This document shows, piece by piece, positions 23,169 to 31,935 of a stretch of 33,406 nt of DNA. The translations under genes and the position numbers were made by a program. Source of the stretch: Betaproteobacteria bacterium (GTDB lineage: Bacteria; Pseudomonadota; Gammaproteobacteria; Burkholderiales; Burkholderiaceae_F). The stretch lies in the NCBI GenBank assembly GCA_046316025.1, contig JBKCXU010000149.1:1-33406 (forward strand), written 5' to 3'. Position 1 is the stretch's first letter. Each line of letters starts with the position of its first letter. The notes below the pieces were generated by a model. It worked only from the letters and a program-made list of their open reading frames with translations, was not told the origin of the DNA and searched no databases.

Positions 23169-23188
23169 ATGCTAAAGCGGTTTACGGG
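23169..23188. promoter_or_regulatory. Operator-like site copy 2 (AATGCTAAAGCGGTTTACGG), 7 nt upstream of the CII-like start codon
   Basis: Direct repeat of 22663-22682. Imperfect palindrome GCTAAA-N4-TTTACG. Confidence 0.45.
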
Positions 23189-23306
23189 GGCGTGCCGGCG
23201 GCGCGGCGTGATCTCAGTGACACGGCGCGGCAGCTTGTACTTGTTGCCTTTGCGGCGGTGCGACTCCGGGCCAGCGTTCCTCCCTCACCCCAACGCCTCT
23301 CCCGGG

Positions 23307-23330
23307 GGGAGAGGGGCTTTACAGAGCTGG
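23307..23330. repeat. Short GC palindrome GCCTCTCCC-GGG-GGGAGAGGGGC just past the hipA remnant, same flavour as the repeat family
   Basis: Read directly. Confidence 0.4.
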
Positions 23331-23364
23331 CCGGCGCAACCCGGGTGCCGCACGGCAAATCGAA

Positions 23365-24694
23365 TCACCCCATCTGCGCCCGCAGCGATGGGCTGGCCAC
23401 GTCTTCGATCTGCCGAAAGGCTGCCGCGGCCTGGCGTGCCAAATCCTCCGACACGCCCAGGCGTCGAACCGCGCGCGCCATTGCCCCACGACCGCCCAGA
23501 TCGAGCTCACGATCCCTAACGCCTCGCGCCGCGATAAGCCAAACGCCTGGCAGCGCGTCAGCGCGTTGTCGATCGTCGCCGCGCGGCCGTCGGTGCCGAC
23601 ACCGAGGTGCAATGTGCGCTCGTAACTCGCGCTCGGCCGGGGGACGACGTCGTACAACGGGCTCAGCCGCCAGCCCCCGAGGTGCGTGTCGAAGACGAAG
23701 CCGTGGTTGCGCAGATGGTCGTCGTCGTTGCTGACGAGCACGTTGAACACCATCCGCGAGAACAACTCGCGCAAGTCGGCGCGGATCGCGCTGCGGTGGC
23801 AGTAGCGCTCGATCGCGCGCGCCAGGTCGGCGTAGCTGCGGGCGATCGACTCCGACTCATCGCAGCCGACCAGCGTCAAGCCGCTGACGAAGCCGAGCCG
23901 TTTCTCCACCCGGCCCGGTGCGCGCGCGGTGGCGCCAATCTCCGCCCAGGCCACGGCCTCGCCCCTGGCCGCCCAGTAGCGATCGAAGCGCCGCACCAGC
24001 AGCACGCGGCGCACGCCCACATCCTTGATGCCCACCTGCGGGACGGTGAGCCCGCACTCGCGCGCCAGCCGCAAGGTGGCCCACTCCAGGTCGGTCACGC
24101 TGTAACGCTGTAGCGATCCGTGCGGGAGGGAAACTTGGCCACCCAGCCCACGCCGGCATCGTCCACCACGGCGGCCTTGGGCCTTGCGCCGCCCAGCGAC
24201 ACCCCGGCCCCCAACAGTGCCGCCAGTTCCTCCGGCACCGGTCGCCCGGCCTCGACGGCCTCTGCCGCATCGAGCAGGCCTTGCAGTTGCAGGACGGCTC
24301 CGGCGACGCTGTGCGGCGGGGCGTCCAGCGTTGCGCGGATGTCCAACGCCCCCACGCGGTTGCTGCCCGCTGCGAGCAGGTAGGTCGACTCCGGCAAACC
24401 GTTTGCCTCGGCCTTCACGCGGGCTTCGATCACGCGGCGGCCCCAGGCATCGGGCGCGGCATCGCGAATGCCGCCAAACAGCGTCAACCCCGGCTGCGGA
24501 AAAACGTAGCTCTCCGCGCCCGGCAGCGCGAGGCTCACCGGGTCCACCGCCAGCGCATCGGGCCGTTGCCGACACTTGCTGCCCTACGCAAACGAAGACG
24601 CCGACAGCGTGGTGCCGGCTTCGGTCGGCTCCAGCAATCCCGCCGGCACCCAATCGCCGTCGAGGTGGGCAAAGACCGCGAGCTTCGTGGCCAT
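23365..24694 (-). pseudogene. hipA: hipA (HipA-family Ser/Thr kinase toxin) pseudogene with three independent lesions
   Basis: N-terminus MATKLAVFAHLDGDWVPAGLLEPTEAG...SSFA is stopped by TAG at 24584-24586 where the conserved Tyr is expected. A perfect 8-bp tandem duplication ACGCTGTA ACGCTGTA at 24097-24112 shifts the frame between the HipA N-domain (…GWVAKFPSRTDRYSVT) and HipA_C (…FNVLVSNDDDHLRNHGFVF…). A -1 shift in a G-run near 23456-23458 is needed to recover the native C-terminus FDAWGVSEDLARQAAAAFRQIEDVA. Confidence 0.8.
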
Positions 24695-25035
24695 CAAAAG
24701 TCCAGTTCCTGGCGCTCGGCCGCGGTCAGTCCGCGCACGCGCCGGCCGCGCTCGCGCTGCGTCAGCGCCGCCAGCGACGGCTCGTCTTCCGCGAGCAAAG
24801 CCTTCAACTCCACGCCCGCGGCAAGCGCCTCCAGGTAGCGCAGCACCCGCCCCAGCGCCACACCGGGATCGCCGCTTTCCAGCCGGTACGCCGTGTTGCG
24901 CGAGATGCCCGCACGCAACGCCGCCTCGCTCTGCTTGAGCCGGCGCGCATGACGCAGCCGCGCCAACAGCGCCCCAATGCGCTTGGCCTCGGCGAGGCGG
25001 CTCTGCGGGACGACCGCGGACTGATCGACTTTCAT
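24694..25035 (-). CDS. hipB: HipB-like HTH_XRE antitoxin, apparently intact. Stop overlaps the hipA ATG (TGATG).
   Basis: MKVDQSAVVPQSRLAEAKRIGALLARLRHARRLKQSEAALRAGISRNTAYRLESGD is an XRE HTH. Direct repeats GATCGAC-N6-GATCGAC and further TGATCGAT motifs lie across and upstream of the start at 25020-25090. Confidence 0.75.
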   Translation of the reverse strand: MKVDQSAVVPQSRLAEAKRIGALLARLRHARRLKQSEAALRAGISRNTAYRLESGDPGVALGRVLRYLEALAAGVELKALLAEDEPSLAALTQRERGRRVRGLTAAERQELDF

Positions 25036-25134
25036 GATCGACAAAAAATGCTTTAACGATTTAATGATCGATTATTGATCCATTGATTTCGCGACTATCC
25101 ACGACCAGCGCCGGTCGGTGATTGGCCCTACTGG

Positions 25135-26778
25135 CTAGTCTTGCGCCGGCCTTTGCGCGGCCAGATCGGCGGCAATCAGCCGGAACTGCTCCAGCGCCGC
25201 CTCCAGGTCTTCGACGATCTCTTGCGCGATCGCCTCGGGCGGGGGCAGGTTGTCGCTGTCGGCGAGGCTCGCATCCTTGAGCCAGAAGATGTCGAGGCTC
25301 GCCTTGTCGCGGGCGATGAGTTCGTCGTAGCTGTAGGCGCGCCAGCGGCCGTTTGCGCCGCGCTCGCCCCCACCCCCACCCTCCCCCGCAGGCGGGGGAG
25401 GGAGTAACCCCCTCCCCTGCGAAGCGGGGGAGGGCTGGGGTGGGGGCGTGGGTCCTCCATCCCGGTGAGGCTCATGGTCAGCGTTCGGGCGGTGCCCCGC
25501 TTCGTCAAACCAAGTCGCCCTGCGCTCGTGCCGGTTGGCCGGGTTGTACAGCCGCACAAACTCGTCCAGGTCCGCCCGCTTGAGCGGGTTGGTCTTCAGC
25601 GTGTAGTGCTTGTTGGTGCGCAGGTCGTAGATCCACAGTTGACGCGTGCTGGGCGTGTCCGACGCCGGCCGCTTGTCGAAGAACAGCACGTTCGCCTTGA
25701 CCCCTTGCGCGTAGAACAGGCCCGTCGGCAGCCGTAGCAGCGTATGCACGTCGCACTCGTGCAGCAGCTTGCGGCGGATGGTCTCACCGGCGCCGCCTTC
25801 GAAGAGCACGTTGTCCGGCACCACCACCGCTGCGCGGCCGTGGGTCTTGAGCAGCGTCTTGATGTGCTGCACGAAGTTCAGTTGCTTGTTGCTGGTGGTG
25901 GCCCAGAAGTCGTCGCGCTCGACGATGTCTTTCTCGGTCGTCGTGCGGCCGTCTTCGCCGACGATCATCGTGCTGGACTTCTTGCCGAACGGCGGATTGG
26001 CCAAAACAACATCAAATCGTTCGCCAGGGTCGGCCGCCAGCGCATCGGCCACGCGCACCGGCACGTTCTTGTCCGAGCCGATGCCGTGCAGCAGCAGGTT
26101 CATCGCGCACACGCGCGCGGTGGCTTGCACCAGCTCCCAGCCGCGAAATGCGCTCTCCTTGAGGTGGCGCTTCTCTTCGCGGGTGAGGTTGGGGTTGTGC
26201 TGCGCGATGGTGTTGTGCGCGGTGAAGAGAAAGCCGCCGGTGCCGCAGGCCGGGTCGCACACCGTCTCGCCGGGGCGGGGGGCGATGCAATCGACCATCG
26301 CCTGGATCAGCGCGCGCGGCGTGAAGTACTGGCCGGCGCCGGACTTGATGTCCTGCGCGTTGCGCTCCAACAGGCCTTCGTAGGCATCGCCTTTGACGTC
26401 GGTGCCCAGCGCCGACCAGTCTTCGGCGTCGATCAGATCGACGATCACCCGCCGCAGCTTGGCCGGGTCCTGAAACTTGTTCTGCGCCTTGGCGAAGATC
26501 AGCCCCAGCGTGCCGGCGCGCTTGCCCAGCTCTTCCAGCGTGTGGCGGTAGTGGTCGAACAGATCATCGCCGTCCTTGGCCAGCAGCGCAGGCCAGGCGT
26601 AGGCCGCGGGCACGGGGCTCGGCTGGTTGTGCGGCGGGCGGCTGCGCTCGTCGGCCATCTTGAGGAACAGCAGGTAGGTGAGCTGCTCGACATAGTCGCC
26701 ATAGCTCATCCCGTCGTCGCGCAGGACGTTGCAGTAGTTCCAGAGCTTTTGGACGAGGGTGGCAGCGTTCATCGTCAC
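25135..26778 (-). CDS. hsdM: Type I restriction-modification N6-adenine DNA methyltransferase HsdM, with an in-frame ~45-aa insertion derived from the palindromic repeat element
   Basis: 547 aa. HsdM_N plus the NPPFG catalytic motif. The segment GHRPNADHEPHRDGGPTPPPQPSPASQGRGLLPPPPAGEGGGGGERGA sits between the conserved ...TWFDE and NGRWRAYSYDELIARDKASLDIFWLKD. Confidence 0.88.
   Translation of the reverse strand: MTMNAATLVQKLWNYCNVLRDDGMSYGDYVEQLTYLLFLKMADERSRPPHNQPSPVPAAYAWPALLAKDGDDLFDHYRHTLEELGKRAGTLGLIFAKAQNKFQDPAKLRRVIVDLIDAEDWSALGTDVKGDAYEGLLERNAQDIKSGAGQYFTPRALIQAMVDCIAPRPGETVCDPACGTGGFLFTAHNTIAQHNPNLTREEKRHLKESAFRGWELVQATARVCAMNLLLHGIGSDKNVPVRVADALAADPGERFDVVLANPPFGKKSSTMIVGEDGRTTTEKDIVERDDFWATTSNKQLNFVQHIKTLLKTHGRAAVVVPDNVLFEGGAGETIRRKLLHECDVHTLLRLPTGLFYAQGVKANVLFFDKRPASDTPSTRQLWIYDLRTNKHYTLKTNPLKRADLDEFVRLYNPANRHERRATWFDEAGHRPNADHEPHRDGGPTPPPQPSPASQGRGLLPPPPAGEGGGGGERGANGRWRAYSYDELIARDKASLDIFWLKDASLADSDNLPPPEAIAQEIVEDLEAALEQFRLIAADLAAQRPAQD
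25364..25448. repeat. Copy of the CCCCTCCCC...GGGGAGGG palindromic repeat inserted in-frame within hsdM. Right arm 25408-25448 is identical over 40 nt to 82-121.
   Basis: Read directly. Confidence 0.8.
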
Positions 26779-28232
26779 GCCCAGTAGGGGATGTACTCGG
26801 CGAACTTCCTTCCACTGCCCATGTCCTTGCGCCTGATCCGGCCGGCCTCTACCGCGTCACTGATGAGGTTGGTGATCTGGTTACGGGTCTTGTCATGAAG
26901 GTGAAATCGCCGACGTAGCGTCGTATTCGTCAGGGTCTTGCTCGACAGATACTGCAGCACGGCGTGCTGGTAGCACGCCTCGATCCGCTCGGATGTAGAC
27001 ATATCGGCGAACTTGCGCGGCGCGCCGATGGTCACGCGGAAGGCGTTGTCCTGCGGCGCCAGCACGAGGGGCGGCAGTCCGAACAACTCGATCGCCGTCA
27101 CGACTTTCTGGAAGCCGGTGCCGCGTTCCTCGCAGATCCGGAAGCGCCGGAACGACGAGGCCAGTTTCTCGTTGCGCGACTCCGGCGTCGTGCCGATCAG
27201 CCGGTCGGGCTTCTTGCCCGGCAGCAATGCTCCCGGACTGGTGATCTCGATGCGGTCGTCGTAGATCTCGACCATCGGGCCGGCACCGCCGACCGAAAAG
27301 TCCTGGTGGATCAGCGCGTTCGCAATCAGCTCGCGCAATGCAATCTCGGGGTACATCGCCACCTCGGTCCGCAGCGCCTGCTGGATGACCTCGGAATGCG
27401 GCAGCACACGCTTCAGGTGCCCGATCAGGCCTTCGAAGCCAACCGCGTAGCCGCGCTGGCCCGCAAGCTCGTCGACGGTGTTGACCTTGTTCGTGCCGCG
27501 GTAGCGGATCACCCGGATACGCTTCCGGTCCAGCGACGGGAACTCATCCAGCTTCTTCGCCGCAGCGACCGCCCCGAAGTTCGTGATGTAGAAACCGCGT
27601 CCCTCGGCCACCGCGAGGCCCTCGGCGAGAAGCCAGGCTTCCAGGTTGTCGTCGCCTTCTGGCAGCGGGCGTTGCAGCAAGGCTGCGATGGCCTCCAGAT
27701 CCAGCAGACGCACGACCTCCGACAGGTCGATGAGCGGCGATGCGCGCAGTTCTTCCCAGCGCGGCGACGCGCTGTTGAGCATCAAGGCACCGACCTCCTG
27801 CCGCGACGCCTTGCGCGTCGTGCCGCCGGAGCGAATCCAGGCCTCTTCGATACCTTTGCCGCGCCGATGCACCGGCTTCACCGCCTGCTCGGGCACCCGG
27901 ACGAGCAGCACCGAGACCCCCCGATACTCCACCGCCGCATGGTCGATGGCCACAGGGGGATCGACGGCGTCGCGGCCCAGGTTGGCCAGGGTGTTCGCTA
28001 CCCCGGCAATGTCCTGAGCATCGATGCCCAGCGGCATGCCGTCGTCGTTGACGCCGAAGACCAGCGTGCCACCGTTGGGATGGTTGGCAAACGCCATCAG
28101 GTGCTCGGCCAGCCGTTCCTTTCTGTCCGAGAGCCGGGCCTTCCAGTCGATCTCGTTGGCCTCGTGCGGCAGCGGGCTCAGGCTCTCCTCCAGAGCCTGC
28201 ATCGCCGCCTTCACCCAGTGCTTCGTGGCCAT
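26775..28232 (-). CDS. COG2865-type protein (AlbA_2/Schlafen-like N-domain plus HATPase_c_4, C-terminal winged helix). These are commonly embedded in type I R-M loci. ATGA overlap with hsdM.
   Basis: 485 aa. Domain recognition from the translation is moderate. C-terminus ...NLISDAVEAGRIRRKDMGSGRKFAEYIPYWA. Confidence 0.65.
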   Translation of the reverse strand: MATKHWVKAAMQALEESLSPLPHEANEIDWKARLSDRKERLAEHLMAFANHPNGGTLVFGVNDDGMPLGIDAQDIAGVANTLANLGRDAVDPPVAIDHAAVEYRGVSVLLVRVPEQAVKPVHRRGKGIEEAWIRSGGTTRKASRQEVGALMLNSASPRWEELRASPLIDLSEVVRLLDLEAIAALLQRPLPEGDDNLEAWLLAEGLAVAEGRGFYITNFGAVAAAKKLDEFPSLDRKRIRVIRYRGTNKVNTVDELAGQRGYAVGFEGLIGHLKRVLPHSEVIQQALRTEVAMYPEIALRELIANALIHQDFSVGGAGPMVEIYDDRIEITSPGALLPGKKPDRLIGTTPESRNEKLASSFRRFRICEERGTGFQKVVTAIELFGLPPLVLAPQDNAFRVTIGAPRKFADMSTSERIEACYQHAVLQYLSSKTLTNTTLRRRFHLHDKTRNQITNLISDAVEAGRIRRKDMGSGRKFAEYIPYWA

Positions 28233-28394
28233 TTGATAACAAGTCGTTGATTTAAGAAGGAGTTTCAGGCTTTTCCGGATTCAGATGTGATGCGGCCTTC
28301 CGCTCGACATCGCCGCCCCAACCGCCGGCAGACTCTCCGCGTGTGATGCCAAGCCATTGACTTGAAAGGCTCGATTGTCGCCGTCCGGTTTCGG

Positions 28395-28545
28395 ATGTGA
28401 AAGGCCGGTAAAGATCAGCCCCAGCGCGCCGTCGCGCTTGCCCAGCTCTTCGAGCGTGTGGCGGTAGCGGTCGAACAGCGCATCGTCGTCGCGCAGGACG
28501 TTGCAGTAGCTCCAAGGCTGTTGGAACGAGGGTGGAGGTGTTCAC
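28395..28545 (-). pseudogene. Truncated, diverged 5' fragment of a second hsdM (hsdM'). It aligns to hsdM codons ~1-75 but has a 1-nt insertion and a ~135-bp internal deletion at TCG microhomology.
   Basis: Nucleotide alignment to 26480-26775 (…gtcgaacagCGCATCGTCGTCGCGCAGGACGTTGCAGTAG… versus hsdM …gtcgaacagATCATCGccgtcc…cccgTCGTCGCGCAGGACGTTGCAGTAG…). Confidence 0.7.
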
Positions 28546-28795
28546 GGCGCGGGCGAGGCTGGGTGCTTGCAGGGATGGAGCGGAACGAGAGGTTGTTAGC
28601 GCACACTTGCGTGGAACGCATTGCCCATTGAAGCCGCCCACCAGCCCTGGCCGCGCGCAGCCACGGAGCGCGGCCATTGGTAGAAGGCGCCCACCCGCTT
28701 TGTTAGCCGTCGTCTTCCGATAACACCACTAACAAAGCCAAGCTCTTGTTGTGTAAAAGCTTTTACTCGTTCCATTGATTGTTTGGGCGGTCGAT

Positions 28796-29161
28796 TCATT
28801 GTTTTTCTTGCTCGATCAGAACCCAAAGCGGCGCCTGCCGCGTTCCCGCGTTGCGGATCGCCTTGCCCGACAGGGAAGAAATCAGGTTGTGCACTTTGCC
28901 CAACTTCTGCGCCGGCGTCAGCACCTCCGGCAGCTTGTCGAGCAGCAGCCGGTCGATGTCGCCGCGCGAGACCGGGCCGTGCGTGCGCACCAACTCGACG
29001 ATCATGTCCCGGTAGTAGCGGCTGTCGAAGCCGCGGTTGCGGATGTGCTGCGCTTTCTGCCCCGTGGCGGCCGCCACCGGGCCGGCCACCAGCAGATTGG
29101 GGTAGCGCCCCTCCACCAACCCCGCCGCGCGCAGCCGCTTGGCGCCCGCGGCTCGGGGCAC
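28796..29161 (-). pseudogene. C-terminal fragment (121 aa) of a second, paralogous COG2865-family gene. It is a 5'-truncated remnant.
   Basis: ...KLGKVHNLISSLSGKAIRNAGTRQAPLWVL aligns with the C-terminal winged helix of the full copy (…TNLISDAVEAGRIRRKDMGSGRKFAEYIPY). Confidence 0.55.
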
Positions 29162-29188
29162 CCCCCGTCAAGTCGCCCACGGCCAAGC

Positions 29189-29641
29189 CTACGGTACCCG
29201 CATCCCGGTCTGCGGGTTCAACAACTCCAACGCAAGCGTGTCGCGCAGCGGAAGAAACGCTGCCAAGTCCGTGGACATGACGGTCAAGCCCGCCACCCGC
29301 GCAGTCGCTGCAATCCATAGGTCGTTGTGATCGTGCTGTATCGCGAGGCCCTTCGCCTTGGCGTGCGACTTGAGCCGAGCCCACTCCTCGTGAATCTCGC
29401 GTCGCCCAATGGGCAGGACGACGTGTTCGTCGATCACCTCGTCCAGGAGCTTCCGCCGCCTTTCTCCCCAGCTCTGCGAAAAAGCCAGCAACTCTGCGAC
29501 CGAAACCTCGCACAGAGCCGGCCGGAACGGGGAACTCCTCAATCCGAACTGTCGGTCGATGGCTTCCGCTTGCGCGCTGCCTTCGCGCGTCGCGAACAAG
29601 ACCACGTTGGTGTCGAGCAGGTACGGCAGCGGCGCGCTCAT
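29189..29641 (-). CDS. vapC: PIN-domain ribonuclease toxin (VapC-like)
   Basis: 150 aa. YLLDTNVVLFA...ELLAFS...NDLWIAATARVAGLTVMSTD acidic PIN quartet pattern. Confidence 0.8.
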   Translation of the reverse strand: MSAPLPYLLDTNVVLFATREGSAQAEAIDRQFGLRSSPFRPALCEVSVAELLAFSQSWGERRRKLLDEVIDEHVVLPIGRREIHEEWARLKSHAKAKGLAIQHDHNDLWIAATARVAGLTVMSTDLAAFLPLRDTLALELLNPQTGMRVP

Positions 29642-29647
29642 TCGGCG

Positions 29648-30604
29648 TCAACTCATTGCTTCGACAGCCGCCAGGAACTCTTCGTCGGTTTCCTCGGCCG
29701 GAATACGGCCAAGGATCTTCTCGTAGGCCGACCGCTCGCCGATCTTCAGCCGCAGCAAGCGACTCGTATCGGTCGCCACAATCGCAGCGGGAACGCGCCT
29801 GAAGTACGCATCGCCCTTGGCCGCTGCGGCAATTGCCGAAGCATCCACGCGCAGCAGCGAACCAGAGGGCCTGAATACCGCCTTCCCCTCAATCACCACT
29901 TCGCGATTGAAAAGATCCCTGAGCGTCTCGATCGACCCTTCCCCCTCCCACAGCGCGATGACAACCGCGCCGGGTTCGACGGCGATCTTCATCAAACCTT
30001 GACTCGCCCCCAACACATCCAAGCGGCCGACGATCCGCACTCGCTGAACTGGCGGGATCGCGGCGGATAACTCCGAAGCCGCCTGCGTCACCATCCGATC
30101 CAGAAATGCGGGAACGTCGACGCCCTGCTCGACGAGGGCAATACGATCCAAGTGGCGCGGGGCGACGAACAGCTTGCGATACCGGCTGAATCTCTTCAGC
30201 AATCCCGTATCGAAGCGCGAGCTGTCGCCGCGGCGCGCGGCCACGTCGCGCAGCGACGCGGCAAGCAGATCGAACGCGGTTTGGTCTGCCCGCGGGCCGT
30301 CCTCCCAGAGAGGTCGCTGCCGGAACGCGTCGGGCGCCGCGTCGCCGAGCGTCGGCAACTCGAAGTGCAACAGGGTGGTGTTATCGCCGGTCGCGCTATG
30401 GCCGAGGAAGCGCGTATCAGCTGCGGCTTGCAACTGAGCGGGCACTCGCCCGCGAGCCCGGCTGGAATGCAGAAAGCCCATGCGCACGCTGTCGAGCATG
30501 GTGTCGCGCAGTCCGGTCAGGATCGGCCCGATCAACTCGGGTCTGGGCCGCGGCCCGAGGCCCTCGCGCGCTTCGAGGCGAAAGCTACGTTCGACAGTAT
30601 TCAC
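29648..30604 (-). CDS. Hypothetical protein (318 aa, no recognisable domain). Translationally coupled on both sides: GTG start overlaps the hsdS stop (GTGA), and its stop is 6 nt before the vapC ATG. Acidic C-terminus.
   Basis: Long high-GC3 ORF in frame. Start assigned to GTG VNTVERSF... The upstream part of the ORF overlaps hsdS out of frame. Confidence 0.5.
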   Translation of the reverse strand: MNTVERSFRLEAREGLGPRPRPELIGPILTGLRDTMLDSVRMGFLHSSRARGRVPAQLQAAADTRFLGHSATGDNTTLLHFELPTLGDAAPDAFRQRPLWEDGPRADQTAFDLLAASLRDVAARRGDSSRFDTGLLKRFSRYRKLFVAPRHLDRIALVEQGVDVPAFLDRMVTQAASELSAAIPPVQRVRIVGRLDVLGASQGLMKIAVEPGAVVIALWEGEGSIETLRDLFNREVVIEGKAVFRPSGSLLRVDASAIAAAAKGDAYFRRVPAAIVATDTSRLLRLKIGERSAYEKILGRIPAEETDEEFLAAVEAMS

Positions 30605-31935
30605 AGCACGTCTCCCGTCCTGCGTGCGTAGGAGCCGAAGTCTAGCGAGCGCGCTGTACCGGTAAAGGCTTGCGCCAATACCGCCTGCCGCAGCGCCTGC
30701 GCGCGTTGCAGGTTCGCATCGACCTCGGCCTCGACCTCGCGGACGATGGACAGGCGGCGGTCCAATTCGGCGACGATGCGGCGCTGCTCGGCGAGCGGCG
30801 GAAGCGGCAGGACGAGCTTGCGGCACGTCGACACTTGCACGTTGTGTTGCCCGGCCGTCGCCTTGGTCGTTCTCTCGATACGGCGCTGGAGCGGCGGCGC
30901 CATGAGCCAGTACGCGAGCAGGCGATTCAAGATGCGCGGCCCCGTGCGGAAAGTGACGATGGCCTGATTGATGTTCCACTCCGGAAAGGCGTCCGGGACG
31001 ACCGACACCTTCCCAAGCGGCGGGCCGACGATGTTCGTCAGCACATCCCCAGGCAGACACCGCGAACGGGCAAGAGGGCCGGCATGAACCGCGCGGCGGA
31101 TGAACGTGGGCTTCACGCTGAAATCCAGAGCACCATCGAAGCCGAGGTTGTAGACCTTGATGAACGGCACCTCGCCCGAACCGCTCGTCATCTCGTCGGC
31201 CTTCGGTGTGGAGCCGCTGGCAACGACTTCGCAGACTTCGGCCATGGCTGCCCACGACCACCCGGCCGGCAAATCGACGGCAGGCGCGAGGTCGGGGTGA
31301 TCGCCCTCGGGCGGCGGCAGCGTTGACCCAAGAAGCTCCCCGCGGACAGCGGCCGAGAGGATGGCAGCTCTCTGACGCGCAAGGTTGGCCTTGACGCGCT
31401 TGAGGTTGACGACGGCCTCGTCGAGGCGGGAGAACTGCTTTTCGATTTCGGCGACGATGCGGCGCTGCTCGTCGAGTTCAACGAGTGGAATCTCGAAGTC
31501 GAGTAGCGCGTTCGTCTCGATAGACGCAACGGTCGTACCGTGCTTCGAGCATTCTTTGAGAATGCGACGGCTGGCTCCCCGCAGCGCATGCGCAACGTAC
31601 TTCGGCAGGACACCTGGCCGCGGAGTCAGCGCCTTGAGGTCTTGGTTGATCGTGACCGGGGTCTTCGTCACTGCGACGGGGAGCGTGTGCGACAGGATAC
31701 CGCTTCGCGTGACGAGGAGCACCGATCCCTCGGGGACCATCGAAACACGACCTTGCTTCACCGCCACCTCGGACACTTGGTCTTCGGACGAAGTGATCTC
31801 GTCGACCTTCATGTCCTTTGGCGACACCCACGGAACGGTCCCAGCGGTCCAGTAGGCAGCGTTGGCCTTGGATGGGGTGTTACCACCGCTCCATACCCCG
31901 AGGTCACGAAGGGCAACCATCGCCGCGCCGCTCAC
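30601..31935 (-). CDS. hsdS: Type I R-M specificity subunit HsdS (two target-recognition domains). ATGA overlap with the hsdR stop.
   Basis: 444 aa. Conserved central and C-terminal repeats LVELDEQRRIVAEIE / LPLPPLAEQRRIVAELDRRLS. Ends ...LRQAVLAQAFTG... Confidence 0.85.
   Translation of the reverse strand: MSGAAMVALRDLGVWSGGNTPSKANAAYWTAGTVPWVSPKDMKVDEITSSEDQVSEVAVKQGRVSMVPEGSVLLVTRSGILSHTLPVAVTKTPVTINQDLKALTPRPGVLPKYVAHALRGASRRILKECSKHGTTVASIETNALLDFEIPLVELDEQRRIVAEIEKQFSRLDEAVVNLKRVKANLARQRAAILSAAVRGELLGSTLPPPEGDHPDLAPAVDLPAGWSWAAMAEVCEVVASGSTPKADEMTSGSGEVPFIKVYNLGFDGALDFSVKPTFIRRAVHAGPLARSRCLPGDVLTNIVGPPLGKVSVVPDAFPEWNINQAIVTFRTGPRILNRLLAYWLMAPPLQRRIERTTKATAGQHNVQVSTCRKLVLPLPPLAEQRRIVAELDRRLSIVREVEAEVDANLQRAQALRQAVLAQAFTGTARSLDFGSYARRTGDVL

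Noticed and set aside
28252-28677. 141-aa minus ORF
   Set aside because: It reads through the decayed hsdM' remnant in a shifted frame. It is not a gene.
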